Origin: a virus
Taxonomy: Duplodnaviria > Caudoviricetes
Direction: 5' to 3' (one strand)
DNA: 54,328 nt
Virus record (IMG/VR): IMGVR_UViG_3300021602_000009
Coordinates: 1-54,328 of that record
Below, one piece after another: positions 27,528-38,400 of this stretch; the first letter of the stretch is position 1; each line of letters starts with the position of its first letter. The position numbers and the translations under genes were made by a program. The notes under the pieces are model-generated. The model searched no databases, had not been told where the DNA came from, and saw only the letters and a program-made list of their open reading frames with translations.

Positions 27528-27749
27528 ATGCAACAATTCATCAATGTAAAAATAGGCGATCAGGTAAAACTCAATAAAACCATGTTTACCTGCATGAAAA
27601 CCACAGAAAGTTTTCAGTGTGGATTATGTGGGTTTAAAACGCAAACCGAACGCTGTCCGCAGGGAAAATCCCGTCCGGCATGTTTTTCCAGCGAACGCAC
27701 AGACCGTAAAAGTGTATATTTTCTTAAATCTAAAATAGAAACTCAATGA
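27528..27749 (+). CDS. Cys-rich hypothetical protein
   Basis: CGLCGF...C...CFSSERTDRKSVYF. Confidence 0.65.
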   Translation: MQQFINVKIGDQVKLNKTMFTCMKTTESFQCGLCGFKTQTERCPQGKSRPACFSSERTDRKSVYFLKSKIETQ

Positions 27750-27940
27750 AAACACTCAAACGTATCAAACGCTTTCTGAAAAAAGTATTCAGAAAAGTAC
27801 TAAAATCTTCCGATCCGCTATCGGTACTCCGCGAAGATACCTACAGTAACGAAGAACTGGACGAAATGAGCGGACGTATGCACCGCCGACAATATGCAGA
27901 ACAGCAGGGAATAGAAACCGATTTTAAACGACTGGACTAA
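27746..27940 (+). CDS. Hypothetical protein
   Basis: ATGA overlap with the previous gene. Confidence 0.6.
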   Translation: MKTLKRIKRFLKKVFRKVLKSSDPLSVLREDTYSNEELDEMSGRMHRRQYAEQQGIETDFKRLD

Positions 27941-28089
27941 TGGAAGACCCCAAAACCATACTCCTTTGCTCATTAGCAGCAGTAGGAATAATAGTAGTAA
28001 TACTTGTGATAGGTGCATGTAAAGCAGCCGGAAACTCCGACCGCAAGGAAGACCAAATATGGAACAACAAACGCGATTATGAAAGCTGA
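27940..28089 (+). CDS. Small membrane protein, 49 aa (not in the ORF track)
   Basis: MEDPKTILLCSLAAVGIIVVILVIGACKAAG...; TAATG overlap with the previous gene. Confidence 0.55.
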   Translation: MEDPKTILLCSLAAVGIIVVILVIGACKAAGNSDRKEDQIWNNKRDYES

Positions 28090-28609
28090 ACCCAAAATAA
28101 AACGCTACCGCTTAGGCATTAGTCAACGGTTCCTGAAAGGACACCCACGCGCAGGAGAAGAAACGTTTTTCGTAGGAAAAATTCAAAAAGCCCTTGGATG
28201 TCCTGATTGTGAAAGACGGGATTGTCATTGGTGTATGCGAAAAACCCGAACACCAAAAATACATACCATACGCGGGAATTACTCACTATGGAAAAAGCGC
28301 ATGGCAGAAGTACAAGAAGGACGTGCAGTGATAGAACTGTACTACTGGCAGGGAAAACCCTACAACAGCAATCAGATTGTATTTGCTGAATTGGATAAGG
28401 ATTCAGGTTGCGGTTTGCAGGAACTTTCATTTATAAACAATGAATTTCAAAGACCTTGTGTATTTGGAAGTGGATATGCAGTGAGAAATACAATAAATGA
28501 ACTTGCAAAAAACGACAGCTTACAAATAGAAGATTTCAAAGCATGGTTTAAAGGGTACGACCTGAGCAAACCAATGGCAATAATTCACTTTACCAAATTA
28601 AGATATTGA
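28079..28609 (+). CDS. Hypothetical phage protein (possibly ASCH/PUA-like)
   Basis: KIHTIR, WQGKPY and LAKNDSL...DFKAWF motifs. Confidence 0.6.
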   Translation: MKAEPKIKRYRLGISQRFLKGHPRAGEETFFVGKIQKALGCPDCERRDCHWCMRKTRTPKIHTIRGNYSLWKKRMAEVQEGRAVIELYYWQGKPYNSNQIVFAELDKDSGCGLQELSFINNEFQRPCVFGSGYAVRNTINELAKNDSLQIEDFKAWFKGYDLSKPMAIIHFTKLRY

Positions 28610-28857
28610 AAACTATGTGGACAACAAATTACAAACGAAACGACACCGGAGCGATAGTGGAAGCCACGCACGACTTCGGGAATGATGTAACAGTAGTTAC
28701 TTCATTTGAAACCAACCAAAGCGAATTACGCCACGGTAAAATTACAATAGGCGACCCAAACGAGATTAATCCCGAACTGCATGCCTATTTCAAATACCTG
28801 TCGAACATCGACGGAGAAGTTAACCCAATAATTAAAAACGAAGAAGACAATGATTAA
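28606..28857 (+). CDS. Hypothetical protein
   Basis: Overlaps both neighbouring genes. Confidence 0.55.
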   Translation: MKTMWTTNYKRNDTGAIVEATHDFGNDVTVVTSFETNQSELRHGKITIGDPNEINPELHAYFKYLSNIDGEVNPIIKNEEDND

Positions 28858-29347
28858 ATTTTATGAAGCGGTAGTTAAGTACGACCGCATGGGCGAAGAA
28901 GGAACCCCAAAGAAAGTGACCGAACAATACCTGCTTGATGCAGTGAGCATCGGTGAAACAGAGAAACTACTTATTGCTGAACTTGAAGGAATGGGAGAAA
29001 TTGACATTACCAGCATTAAGCTAAGTAAGTATTGTGAGTTTATTCCGTACAATATACTAACCGGTGCAGTAGTAACCGGAGAAAATCAGATCACAATTGA
29101 TTCTGACGAAACAGAAGACGACCATAAATACTTTGACGTGAAACTTTCTTTCATTACGCTGGACGAAATGAAAGGTAAGGAAAAGAAAACCGCGTTTCGC
29201 TACATTACCAAAGCATCGAGCGTGGAAGCAGCTGGAAAAACAGTGAAGTTGTTTATGGCAGGATCATTAGCCGATTGGGAAATAAATAATATCATTGAAA
29301 CCAAGATTGTTGACGTGCTACTGTATAACCGTGAACCAGTTGTATAA
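28850..29347 (+). CDS. DUF4494-like protein
   Basis: KKVTEQYLLDAVS...ITLDEMKGKEKKT...IIETKIVDV. Confidence 0.8.
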   Translation: MIKFYEAVVKYDRMGEEGTPKKVTEQYLLDAVSIGETEKLLIAELEGMGEIDITSIKLSKYCEFIPYNILTGAVVTGENQITIDSDETEDDHKYFDVKLSFITLDEMKGKEKKTAFRYITKASSVEAAGKTVKLFMAGSLADWEINNIIETKIVDVLLYNREPVV

Positions 29348-29349
29348 CC

Positions 29350-29694
29350 GTGTCTAAGCAATATACAGCCGTAATCCGCACCGCTGACGAACTCAATAAG
29401 TTGTACAAGGACGCATTATCATCTCTTCAACTTCCGGCAAGCTGGAAGTTGGAGGGATATAATACACTTCGCCTTACAACAGAACCCGATAGCGAAATCC
29501 AAAGTGTAGGCGCACTGTTTTTAGATACCAACACACGGGGTATTGAAGTAAAACGCTACCGACTGTATTTCCACACCTACACCGAAAGATTAGGATTGGT
29601 TGAGAAGTCGGTGGTTGACTTTGGTAAGTTTGCTTACAAGTGCCTGGTAAATAACCGTACAGTGGAGCAGATGAATCAGTATTTAGGGCAGTAG
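29350..29694 (+). CDS. Hypothetical protein
   Basis: Packed operon, GTG start. Confidence 0.55.
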   Translation: MSKQYTAVIRTADELNKLYKDALSSLQLPASWKLEGYNTLRLTTEPDSEIQSVGALFLDTNTRGIEVKRYRLYFHTYTERLGLVEKSVVDFGKFAYKCLVNNRTVEQMNQYLGQ

Positions 29695-29712
29695 GCAGTA
29701 GGTAGTAGGTAG

Positions 29713-29940
29713 ATGAAAGCAACCACCATGAAAGATCAGCAACGCGAACGCAAAACGCGAACTGAAGGAGTAAATATAGTAAAATGCAAAGGACGGAATC
29801 ATTATGTGGTTTGTCAGATGCAGGATATTGGTAGCCGGTACGGAACAAGACGAGGACTATGTGCTATAAAACAATTTACCGAGCGCAAACTTGCTGATGC
29901 CTACTGGGAGCAAATAAAGAACGGAAATGCAGGTACTTGA
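29713..29940 (+). CDS. Hypothetical protein
   Basis: Packed operon. Confidence 0.55.
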   Translation: MKATTMKDQQRERKTRTEGVNIVKCKGRNHYVVCQMQDIGSRYGTRRGLCAIKQFTERKLADAYWEQIKNGNAGT

Positions 29941-30121
29941 CATAATCCTCCAGATACAAGCGGAGAAAAAAGGCAAACGCCATCCAGAACATGCCACGGT
30001 GCGCGAAGTGACCGACATATACCCCGAAGCTAAAGCGGAGATTGACGAACTGGAACGCACCGGAGTAATCAGATTAGGACCAACAATACACGGACACTAT
30101 ATTGAAGTAATTAATAATTAA
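29927..30121 (+). CDS. Small winged-helix-like hypothetical protein
   Basis: EIDELERTGVIRLGPTIHG. Confidence 0.55.
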   Translation: MQVLDIILQIQAEKKGKRHPEHATVREVTDIYPEAKAEIDELERTGVIRLGPTIHGHYIEVINN

Positions 30122-30137
30122 TAATTAACAATTAATA

Positions 30138-30392
30138 ATGAAACCAGAACCCTTAGTAATAGAATCAGGCTGTTACAAAATATGTGTAACGCCAATGATT
30201 GAATTTCTCACCAAAAAGCCGGTAGTCAGAATTGAATGTATTGAAGATGATACAAATGCGATGGATGATGAAGGTTATTGGATAGAAGAACACGAATCGG
30301 CAATGTACACATTCAGCGATGTTGCGGAACTGGATAAGTTTATTTCGAAATTACAGGAAGCACGTATATTTATTCAACCCGAAACCACATGA
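30138..30392 (+). CDS. Hypothetical protein
   Basis: Packed operon. Confidence 0.6.
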   Translation: MKPEPLVIESGCYKICVTPMIEFLTKKPVVRIECIEDDTNAMDDEGYWIEEHESAMYTFSDVAELDKFISKLQEARIFIQPETT

Positions 30393-30712
30393 AATCAATC
30401 TATATCTGCATACCTATGCCGGTGAGCATCGAACTGCATCAGCGCAATAAAGCCTATCTGTTGCAGTGCGCTTTCGAGAAAGAAGGCTATATGGTAATTA
30501 ATCCCTTTGAATTGCGGGATCAGTTGGAGAAAAGCTTTCATCATGTGGCTGCACGTGAACCAATGCCGGAAGAATATAAGAGGGAACACATGAATAACGT
30601 GGAGTTTTGCCGTGAAATATTTCTGTGTAAAGGATGGGCAGATGATGCCGACTGTATGAACGAAGTAGACCAGGCTATCAGGCATGGATTGACATTTAGA
30701 TTTGAAAAATAA
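30389..30712 (+). CDS. DUF4406-like (nucleoside deoxyribosyltransferase-like fold) protein
   Basis: SIYICIPM, GYMVINP, C-EIFLCKGW and CMNE motifs. Confidence 0.7.
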   Translation: MKSIYICIPMPVSIELHQRNKAYLLQCAFEKEGYMVINPFELRDQLEKSFHHVAAREPMPEEYKREHMNNVEFCREIFLCKGWADDADCMNEVDQAIRHGLTFRFEK

Positions 30713-30714
30713 GT

Positions 30715-31101
30715 ATGGAACTATATATAGAACGTGAACGCCCTGTGCGTAATATGCAAAATGGACGGTTTTTGCCCGGATTTATACCCCACAATAAAGG
30801 TAAACGCTGGGACGAATGGATGAGTAAACCGATGCGGGAAAAACGCAAAAAAGAACTTGCAGAAAGTCTGAAAAAATGTGATCACTCTAAATGTGGCGGT
30901 CATAATGCTAAAATGATAGTGGGAATACAAAACGGTAGATTTATAGGTCCGTTTCACGGATCAATGAAGGCAGCAGATTATGCAGGATGTTTTCCTGAGC
31001 AAATACGCAATGTATGCAAAGGAAAAGGATATACCGCAGGTAGTATAAAATGGTTTTACGAGGAAGATTTTGAGAAATGGATTAAGGAGATAAAAGAATA
31101 A
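30715..31101 (+). CDS. NUMOD-like DNA-binding protein
   Basis: GRFLPGFIPHNKG and AADYAG...IRNVCKGKGYTAGSIKW. Confidence 0.65.
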   Translation: MELYIERERPVRNMQNGRFLPGFIPHNKGKRWDEWMSKPMREKRKKELAESLKKCDHSKCGGHNAKMIVGIQNGRFIGPFHGSMKAADYAGCFPEQIRNVCKGKGYTAGSIKWFYEEDFEKWIKEIKE

Positions 31102-31107
31102 ACTAAT

Positions 31108-31302
31108 ATGATAATAACATATATAGCACCTATACACAATTGGATGCATGCAGTTGTAGAATTAGAGGAAAAAGTAGTTCCTAAAATAGGTGACAAAATT
31201 TATATTCAAGATATAGGTGATAGTTTTAGACAAGTTGAAAAAATTGTACAAAACTATTTAGGAAGAGATACAACCATATTTCTTATCAAACCTATAAAGT
31301 AA
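31108..31302 (+). CDS. Hypothetical protein
   Basis: AT-rich ORF packed in the operon. Confidence 0.55.
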   Translation: MIITYIAPIHNWMHAVVELEEKVVPKIGDKIYIQDIGDSFRQVEKIVQNYLGRDTTIFLIKPIK

Positions 31303-31305
31303 TAA

Positions 31306-32307
31306 GTGTTCGACAAAATAACCATACGAGCCACTGTAAGTGCTGAAGAGTGTGTGCATTTGGCACAGCTTCATCACTTACATGTATGGACTAATGACGT
31401 AGGTACACAAGTTGAGTATCGAAGTTCGGAATATGGCAAGTTAAGTGGCATTGACGTACAGATAAAGAATAACAAACTAACGCTGAAATGCAGTCTGCAT
31501 AAATTCTGGGAACTTCGAAACTTTGGTAAGTTACGAAACGATACGCTATTCAGCATATCCGAAGCAAAGGCAGCCTTTGAAATGTTGCTGTTCGAAAACG
31601 GATTGGTGCATAAACGTGTGCGTATAGCTTATTTTGAAATAGGACTGAATATGAATGTAACGCTCGATCCGTTGAGTTTTATTGAACTGATACAGTTTAT
31701 TTCGTTCAAAGATAAGATTTGGTTTGTAGATGCAAACTACCGCATAAACAGACAGAAAACCACCGAGAAGTACAAGGATATACGAAAGTACTATAAGATA
31801 TACGATAAGAGTTGGGAGACAGAGGAGAAGAGAAGAAGCAGTAAAAAGTCGGTAGTCGGTAGTGGGCAGTCGGTAGAAAGCGGTAAGCAGCAAGCAGTAA
31901 GCGGTAAGCAGAAAGAGTATATACTTAGGATTGAAACGGTGTATAAACGACATAATGAACGGTCGGATAAGTTTATGAGTGACGACAATCTAAGGCGGTT
32001 GGTGAACCGGTTCTGGGTAGATTGGAAAGACCTCTTTTTTTTGCGCCAGGTACGAGCCTATAAGGGCGCACGTAAGAGCGAAGTGGAACGTGCCCGGATA
32101 ATTATAAATGAAGGGGCAGAGGAGTACTTACAACGCATGAAAGAGGAGCTAAAGCAGAAAAGAATCACGGAAAAGCAATTTCGCACCATAAGGGAGTTTA
32201 TCCGCGATTATGACGAGAGAGACCCACGATTCCGTATTATCGTTTCACAGCAGGAAAAAGAGTATAACTCATTGATACAAAGAGTATATGACCATTGTAA
32301 AACATAA
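31306..32307 (+). CDS. Putative replication initiator (gene II/X or Rep_trans-like)
   Basis: FDKIT, SLHKF, FEIGLN, KIYDK and ILRIE motifs; last gene of the early operon. Confidence 0.6.
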   Translation: MFDKITIRATVSAEECVHLAQLHHLHVWTNDVGTQVEYRSSEYGKLSGIDVQIKNNKLTLKCSLHKFWELRNFGKLRNDTLFSISEAKAAFEMLLFENGLVHKRVRIAYFEIGLNMNVTLDPLSFIELIQFISFKDKIWFVDANYRINRQKTTEKYKDIRKYYKIYDKSWETEEKRRSSKKSVVGSGQSVESGKQQAVSGKQKEYILRIETVYKRHNERSDKFMSDDNLRRLVNRFWVDWKDLFFLRQVRAYKGARKSEVERARIIINEGAEEYLQRMKEELKQKRITEKQFRTIREFIRDYDERDPRFRIIVSQQEKEYNSLIQRVYDHCKT

Positions 32308-32400
32308 TGCCTATATGGGCATATATAACACTGTAATAATCAGCATAATATAAAACAGTTTGTATTTGCTACATTGAAAATCAATAGTTTATAGAAATTA

Positions 32401-32428
32401 ATGGCTACTTTATAGTAGCCATTTTTTT
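32401..32428 (+). terminator. Hairpin terminator of the early operon
   Basis: ATGGCTACT-ttat-AGTAGCCAT followed by a T-run. Confidence 0.65.
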
Positions 32429-32496
32429 GTTCCGACCTTATCTAAAACCTTTAATTGCTCCAATAAAAATTATAGATGAAATTCAATTGTTGGTAG

Positions 32497-32551
32497 CTTG
32501 TCCTATACCTCCCGAAAGGAGGCGGATTCGCAGAATACGCCTTTCGGGAGG
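32497..32551. other. GC-rich hairpin downstream of the rep gene, candidate origin
   Basis: CCTCCCGAAAGG...CCTTTCGGGAGG, preceded by CTTGTCCTATA, in non-coding DNA. Confidence 0.4.
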
Positions 32552-32731
32552 AAACTGTTTGTTTTTGATAGCAGTAAGCAGTAAGCGGTAAGCAGTAAGA
32601 AAAAGAAATAGATTGATTATGAATGATTTACAGAGAATTGAAGAATAGGAATAAATAGTGAATTATCTAAAGTAGAGGGAAATAGATATTAGTAGGTAGT
32701 TTGTAGTAGGTAGTTTATAGTAGGTAGTAAG

Positions 32732-32771
32732 AAACCCCTCCGCTTCGCTCGTCCCCTTCTTCGAGGGGACA
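32732..32771 (+). repeat. REP-like repeat, family A, preceded by TAGTAGG heptamers
   Basis: Near-identical to the copies at 35419 and 38793. Confidence 0.85.
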
Positions 32772-32826
32772 TAATAAAAAAAGCAACCGGTTGAAGTTGC
32801 TTTGAATATTTATAAATTCTATCTTA

Positions 32827-33159
32827 TCAGAACATGGAGTTGATTTTGTCCTGTGCTTCTTTGAGGGTGTTGATAGCTTCGAGGGATTTTTCATCCAGTC
32901 CGAGTTTTGCTTCTGTTTGTTTGGAGAGTACAAACGGAAGGAGTTTGGGGAACATGGTCATGTAGAACTCCAGCTTTTGTTCCGGTTGCAATGTTTTCAG
33001 TACATCGTCCATTTGTTCGCTTCCTTTGTTGAGGAAGTCGATAACCCATTGTTTCAGCTCCACCGTTGTTTTGTTGGGAGTTCCTTTGGCACGTCCTCCG
33101 GTTTTCTTTTTCTTCTTCGGTTCTTCGGGTTTTTGTTCCGGGATTTTCTTTATATCCAT
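32827..33159 (-). CDS. Putative terminase small subunit
   Basis: KTGGRAKGTPNKTT motif; divergent from the portal gene. Confidence 0.55.
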   Translation of the reverse strand: MDIKKIPEQKPEEPKKKKKTGGRAKGTPNKTTVELKQWVIDFLNKGSEQMDDVLKTLQPEQKLEFYMTMFPKLLPFVLSKQTEAKLGLDEKSLEAINTLKEAQDKINSMF

Positions 33160-33227
33160 AGCAGTTGCGGTTTATAATTTACAAAATTCAGTAAGAAAAG
33201 CGAAACGAAAAACATCGACATGCAAGA

Positions 33228-33243
33228 TTTGCAAACGTGGTCA
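33228..33243 (+). promoter_or_regulatory. 16-bp motif TTTGCAAACGTGGTCA upstream of the portal operon
   Basis: Identical to 10522-10537. Confidence 0.6.
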
Positions 33244-33291
33244 TTAAAAAACAACGGTTTTTTGTTTTTTTGATACTCATTTGACAAAGCC

Positions 33292-35358
33292 ATGCCCACG
33301 AACAAACGAACCATAGAGATATACCGCAGGAAGTACGGTAAAACAGCAACAGAAGCGCGAAACAAACAGCGCACGAGCAGCAGTTACGGAGACAGTATGG
33401 CACGAAAACCCAACTTGTTGATGTCAGCTTACAATTGCTGGAACAGTATGAGCGATTTACGCACACAGATGCGCCGGAACGAAGAGTTTGTATATGGGGA
33501 CCAATGGAGCGACCGGGTATATGACCAGAAAAATAAACGCTCCGTAACCGAGCGAACCTTACTCACCGAACAAGGACTGCAACCCAGCCAGTACAACATT
33601 ATCCGCAATGTGCTGCGTACCACATCAGGTATATGGAGCAACAACAAAGTGCTTCCGGTAGTAGTGGCACAAAAAGATGAAAACCAAACAGAAAGCGAAG
33701 TACTGACAGCTACTTTACACACCATATTTCGCAAAGACGAATTGTGGAAACTCTTTGTCAGCCAAGTAACACAACTTCAGATAACAGGCATATCCGCCGT
33801 AAAATCACATTGGGCAAACCGGGACGGACAAAGCGACCTGGCAAACGATTACGTTGATCCTTTCGCATTTTTCGTGGATAACACGATGAAAGACCCACGC
33901 TACAAAGACTGTTCGATAGTTGGTTGCTATTGGGATTTGAGCATTGACGACATTGTGGGACTGTTCAGCAACGGAAACAAAGAACGTGCAGCCATTATAC
34001 GTTCCATTTATTCCGGCATAAAAGACGAAGATCGTTTATACTCAATGGTGCAGACCTTCACCGACCAGCGGATGGAGAAAGATTTTCTGGTACCGGGAGT
34101 AGAAGCGTATGGATTAGGACGGGTGATTGAAGTATGGCGCAAAGAAAGTGCCGAATGTTTCTGGATTCACGATTACCTGAGTGGAGAATATTACCCGGAC
34201 TTTGACGTAACCGAAAGCGAACTCAAACAGATACTTGCCCAGCGCAAAGCCGAACAGGCAGCAATGGGAGTAATGCCCGAAGATATGATGCTGATAGATT
34301 GGGAATGGGGTACAAGTAACTACTGGAAGTATTATTACCTCACACCGGTAGGCGAAGTGCTGAAAGAAGGTAAAAACCCATTCTGGCACGAAAAACCCCC
34401 TTTCACCTTTGAACTGCATGATTTTTATGTAGGTAAAATTTATCCATTCGTGAAAGATCTGATTGATACGCAGAAACAAATCAACAAGTTATCGGCCATA
34501 TCCGAATTGTTGTCGAAATTCTCCGCTAAGTCGCTGATGTTTATGCCAACGGATCAGATTGATGATGAGAACGGTTACGGACTGGATTATATTGAGGATA
34601 AAATGACTGATTACGATGCAGTGATTCCTTACAAACCCAAAGCGGGAGTTTCGGGTCCAAATTATGTGAACACCGTGGCGCAGGCATTTACTCCGCTAAA
34701 CGTGGTAAACATGTACCTGAAACTAAGCGAAAACGTTTCGGGCGTATTTGGAGCATTGCAAGGCGCACAACCCACCGCGGGAACTCCGGCACAGATGTAT
34801 GCACAGCAAAGCCAAAATTCAGCCGTAAGCCTTACAGGATTATTTGAGAGCGTAAACAGTTTCTTTAAACGGGTAGCAACCATGAACGTGCAACTTATGC
34901 AGCAATTCTACACGGATAAACGCTATGTATTCGATCAGAAATCAGGGAAGCGATTATTGTGGGACCCTGAACGGGTAAAGAACGTGGAGCATGAAGTAAC
35001 AGTAGGCGAACAAACCGATACACCCGCTTACCGATTGATGGTGAATGATCTGTTATTCCAGCTCAAACAATACGACACAACGAATATGCTTGATTTGCGG
35101 GGAATGATTGAAGCAGGTAATTTGCCGTTTAAGGAATCGTTGCTGAATTATCTGAACAAACGGGAGCAGGAAGTACAACAAGCACAACTACAAACCCCTC
35201 CCCCTGCGGGTACTCCCCTTCAAGGAATGGGAGATCAGGGAGGATTGCCAGCAGATTTACAACAACAATTGGGACAATATCAATTCTCGCCACAGCTGAT
35301 GGCACAGTTTGCTCAACTGCCACCGGAAGTGCAGAAACAGATAATTGAGGGGAATTAG
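33292..35358 (+). CDS. Portal protein (P22-like)
   Basis: FVYGDQW, NIIRNV, DLIDTQKQINK and VSGVFGALQG motifs, Q-rich C-terminus, 688 aa. Confidence 0.8.
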   Translation: MPTNKRTIEIYRRKYGKTATEARNKQRTSSSYGDSMARKPNLLMSAYNCWNSMSDLRTQMRRNEEFVYGDQWSDRVYDQKNKRSVTERTLLTEQGLQPSQYNIIRNVLRTTSGIWSNNKVLPVVVAQKDENQTESEVLTATLHTIFRKDELWKLFVSQVTQLQITGISAVKSHWANRDGQSDLANDYVDPFAFFVDNTMKDPRYKDCSIVGCYWDLSIDDIVGLFSNGNKERAAIIRSIYSGIKDEDRLYSMVQTFTDQRMEKDFLVPGVEAYGLGRVIEVWRKESAECFWIHDYLSGEYYPDFDVTESELKQILAQRKAEQAAMGVMPEDMMLIDWEWGTSNYWKYYYLTPVGEVLKEGKNPFWHEKPPFTFELHDFYVGKIYPFVKDLIDTQKQINKLSAISELLSKFSAKSLMFMPTDQIDDENGYGLDYIEDKMTDYDAVIPYKPKAGVSGPNYVNTVAQAFTPLNVVNMYLKLSENVSGVFGALQGAQPTAGTPAQMYAQQSQNSAVSLTGLFESVNSFFKRVATMNVQLMQQFYTDKRYVFDQKSGKRLLWDPERVKNVEHEVTVGEQTDTPAYRLMVNDLLFQLKQYDTTNMLDLRGMIEAGNLPFKESLLNYLNKREQEVQQAQLQTPPPAGTPLQGMGDQGGLPADLQQQLGQYQFSPQLMAQFAQLPPEVQKQIIEGN

Positions 35359-35458
35359 TAGGTAGTAGGTAGTAGGTAGTAGGTAGTAGGTAGTAGGTAG
35401 TAGGTAGTAGGTAGTAAGAAACCCCTCCGCTTTGCTCGTCCCCTTCTTCGAGGGGACA
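35356..35458 (+). repeat. (TAGTAGG)x8 plus one variant, followed by a family A REP-like repeat (35419-35458)
   Basis: Directly visible in the sequence. Confidence 0.92.
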
Positions 35459-35476
35459 TTTGAAAGAAAATATAAT

Positions 35477-38400
35477 ATGAAGAAACAGATTGACATACAC
35501 GGATTAAGTACAACGTCGCTATATAAGGACGGTGAGTATTTGTCGTTGGTAAACCTGCGGAAAAAGAACGGCGTACTGAAACCGGTAACACCCAGAAAAG
35601 TGGTGAATACGTTGGAAGATATCTACAGTTATCTGTTTCAACATAATTTGCCACAAAGCGATGTACCAAACTTATTAGGAGTGCGTGACGGACATGTTTA
35701 TCTGATAGGAGTTACAGAACCGTTTACCACAGTAGAACTTACCGAGGTAGATGAATTTAAAAGCATGACCCAATTGGGAAATCTGGTGAATGTGCTTGAT
35801 AAGAATGGACTAAAAACGTTATTCTGGCAAAATGGAGCATACAATGTATATGATATTGCTTTTGGAGGAAGTCAGACCGATAGTTTGTTAGGTCCGGTAA
35901 AGGTTGATTTGAAAGTTGATGGAAGAAATGAAAATGGAGTACGGAGGGTTGATTATTTTGAAAGTGATTCGGTAGTATACGGACAAGTTGATTATGCCGA
36001 TTGGAGTTTGAAAGTTCATGTAGCTGAGCGTAAAAACTTTGCTATCGGAATGTTCGCTAAAGCATTATCAGAAACAAAAAATCTTGGATACATACATGGA
36101 TATATTTTAGCCTGTACTGCTATAGAATTATTTGATGGCTCATATATACTTCAGAGCAATCCTGTATTGCTTGGATCTGCTTTTGTAAAAGATGGGTATT
36201 TCAATGTAAATTCAAATGGAGTTGTATTATCATGGGATTCTCCCGAAGGAAGAAATCCTATATTCATACCAAACTACGATAATAATACTCCAGATGGGAA
36301 TTATATGGATAGTATGAATGTATATGACTTTGACCATCAAACCCCGGAAACATATTCTCCATATCCAAACTTATTTGCTTATGCAAACAACTATTATTCA
36401 GCAGGACGTATGAGTGCTGGCAAAATGGTTTCATATATATCTTCAAATGAATTAAAATTCAAAGTTAATACCAATATAGATGAAAATTACAGAAATCTTA
36501 TAAAATCTGTATCTGTATTTATTTCAAGTGAAATTTCAATGTATAAAATGGATTCTCCTGATAATACAATTGAAAGATGGAATACAACATCAACAACATA
36601 TCCAGAAAACTTTTTCCCAAAATATAAGGATAACTCAGATATAATAAAAGAAATATCTAATAACCAACAATTCTACAAGGTTCATGAAATTGCTTTTGAT
36701 GATATAAAAACAACTACCGAGAACGATGGTTGGGTAACAATCGACCTAAAAGGAAAATTAGGCGAAAACCTGAAAAATCAGGAGCCGTTGCCGGTGGATA
36801 ACTTCACGCACCACGACATGGTACCAAACGGTCAATTTGTATACAACAATAAGTTGCATGTGTGGGACTACAAACAAGAACTGTTTCACGGTTGGCCGTT
36901 GAATTATTTCTATGCCAATCAGGGAGTAGGACAATTCCCCGCTATACACGTACATAATGCGTACAACAGACAATGCTGGGTACGGGTGAAAATTAAAACA
37001 GAAACAGGCATTTCGGAAGTAGTGCGAATAATGAGTGGAACAAGCGACGAGGATATGTATTCTACCAACGGCATACTATCCTATCCAGATTCACGAGCCA
37101 CGGAAATGACTATTTACGAAAAATACCAATACGAAACAAGTGGTGGCGGTACCATTCATAACTATACAGTTGTAGCACAAAAAACATTCAAGCTAACGGC
37201 CAGTGACGATCAGAATTTTGCGTATTACATAGCACCCGATTTAAAACCCATTGCATTAGACAGCATTGCAACTGAAATAGCTGCACCAACGGAGCTAAAC
37301 CGCACGCAGATTTACCGTAACGGACTGAAAGTTTCGCAGGTGAACAATCCTTTTTATTATCCGGCTGATCAAACGCACACCGTGGGCACCGGGATAATAC
37401 GCAATGTGGCAACCAACGCCATGCGAATGAGTGACGGACAATTCGGACAATACCCGCTATATGTATTTACCACAGAGGGCGAATATTCTTTTGACACCGG
37501 AACAACCATAGCCTATAACCGGCAATCTCCGGCAAGTATGGTAGTTGCGGTTAGTGATATAGTATGTCCGACACCTTACGGAGTAGTATTTGTGGGAAAA
37601 CGTGGCGTTTACCTGATACAAGGACAAACAGTGGAATACCTGAGCGCACAACTGGAACAACTAAGCCCTGCATTGAATATAGGAGCGAATCAGGTAAATT
37701 TCTGGGAATTTATAACCACGCTCAAAGAAATACTGTACGACAGTTTGCAGAATGAATTGATATTCGTAAACGATACGAACCGAAACTTTGTATTCAACAT
37801 TGATGCAAAAATGTGGTACCGTAGCACGGAGAAGATTGATTATGCAGTGCAGAATACATCGCCGGAGCTGATGGTTTCAGCACAAAAGGAAATAGTACAC
37901 ACTTCGGACGATATTAAAGTACCCGCTTATAGCATTCCGGCATATTGGAGCGAAATAAACGCAGAAGTAGGAGATATTTTCCCATTAATCGGGGTAGATT
38001 GTGTTGTTGCCAAAATATTGGAAGCAGGAGACGTGGGTTACGAAGCAGGAATTAGAAAAGCCTATATTATGGGGGCAACTTTATCACCCGGAACGTGGAG
38101 TGATGCAGTTGCTTATAACTTTATGGGATTAATTGTACCAAATTCACTTGTAATTGGAAAAATAGTACAAGGCGGATTGTCGTTTCCAACCACCGGATCG
38201 TATTGGTCCGTAAGTTCTCATTTGACAAACGGAATAAGTTGGAGTTGCGATAGCAATTCGCTTCAAGAAACAAACAAAAGTACGCTATTGCCTTATTTTA
38301 GTTATGCAGTGGTACAAAACCCGAAACAATGGGTTGCACAGGTAGATGTTCCGGCAGTGTATTACGAAGATGGAGAAATTGAAATCGTTGAAACATTGAA

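Noticed and set aside
35129-35669. ORFs with LLPTTYY repeats
   Set aside because: They are translations of the (TAGTAGG)n heptamer array on the opposite strand.
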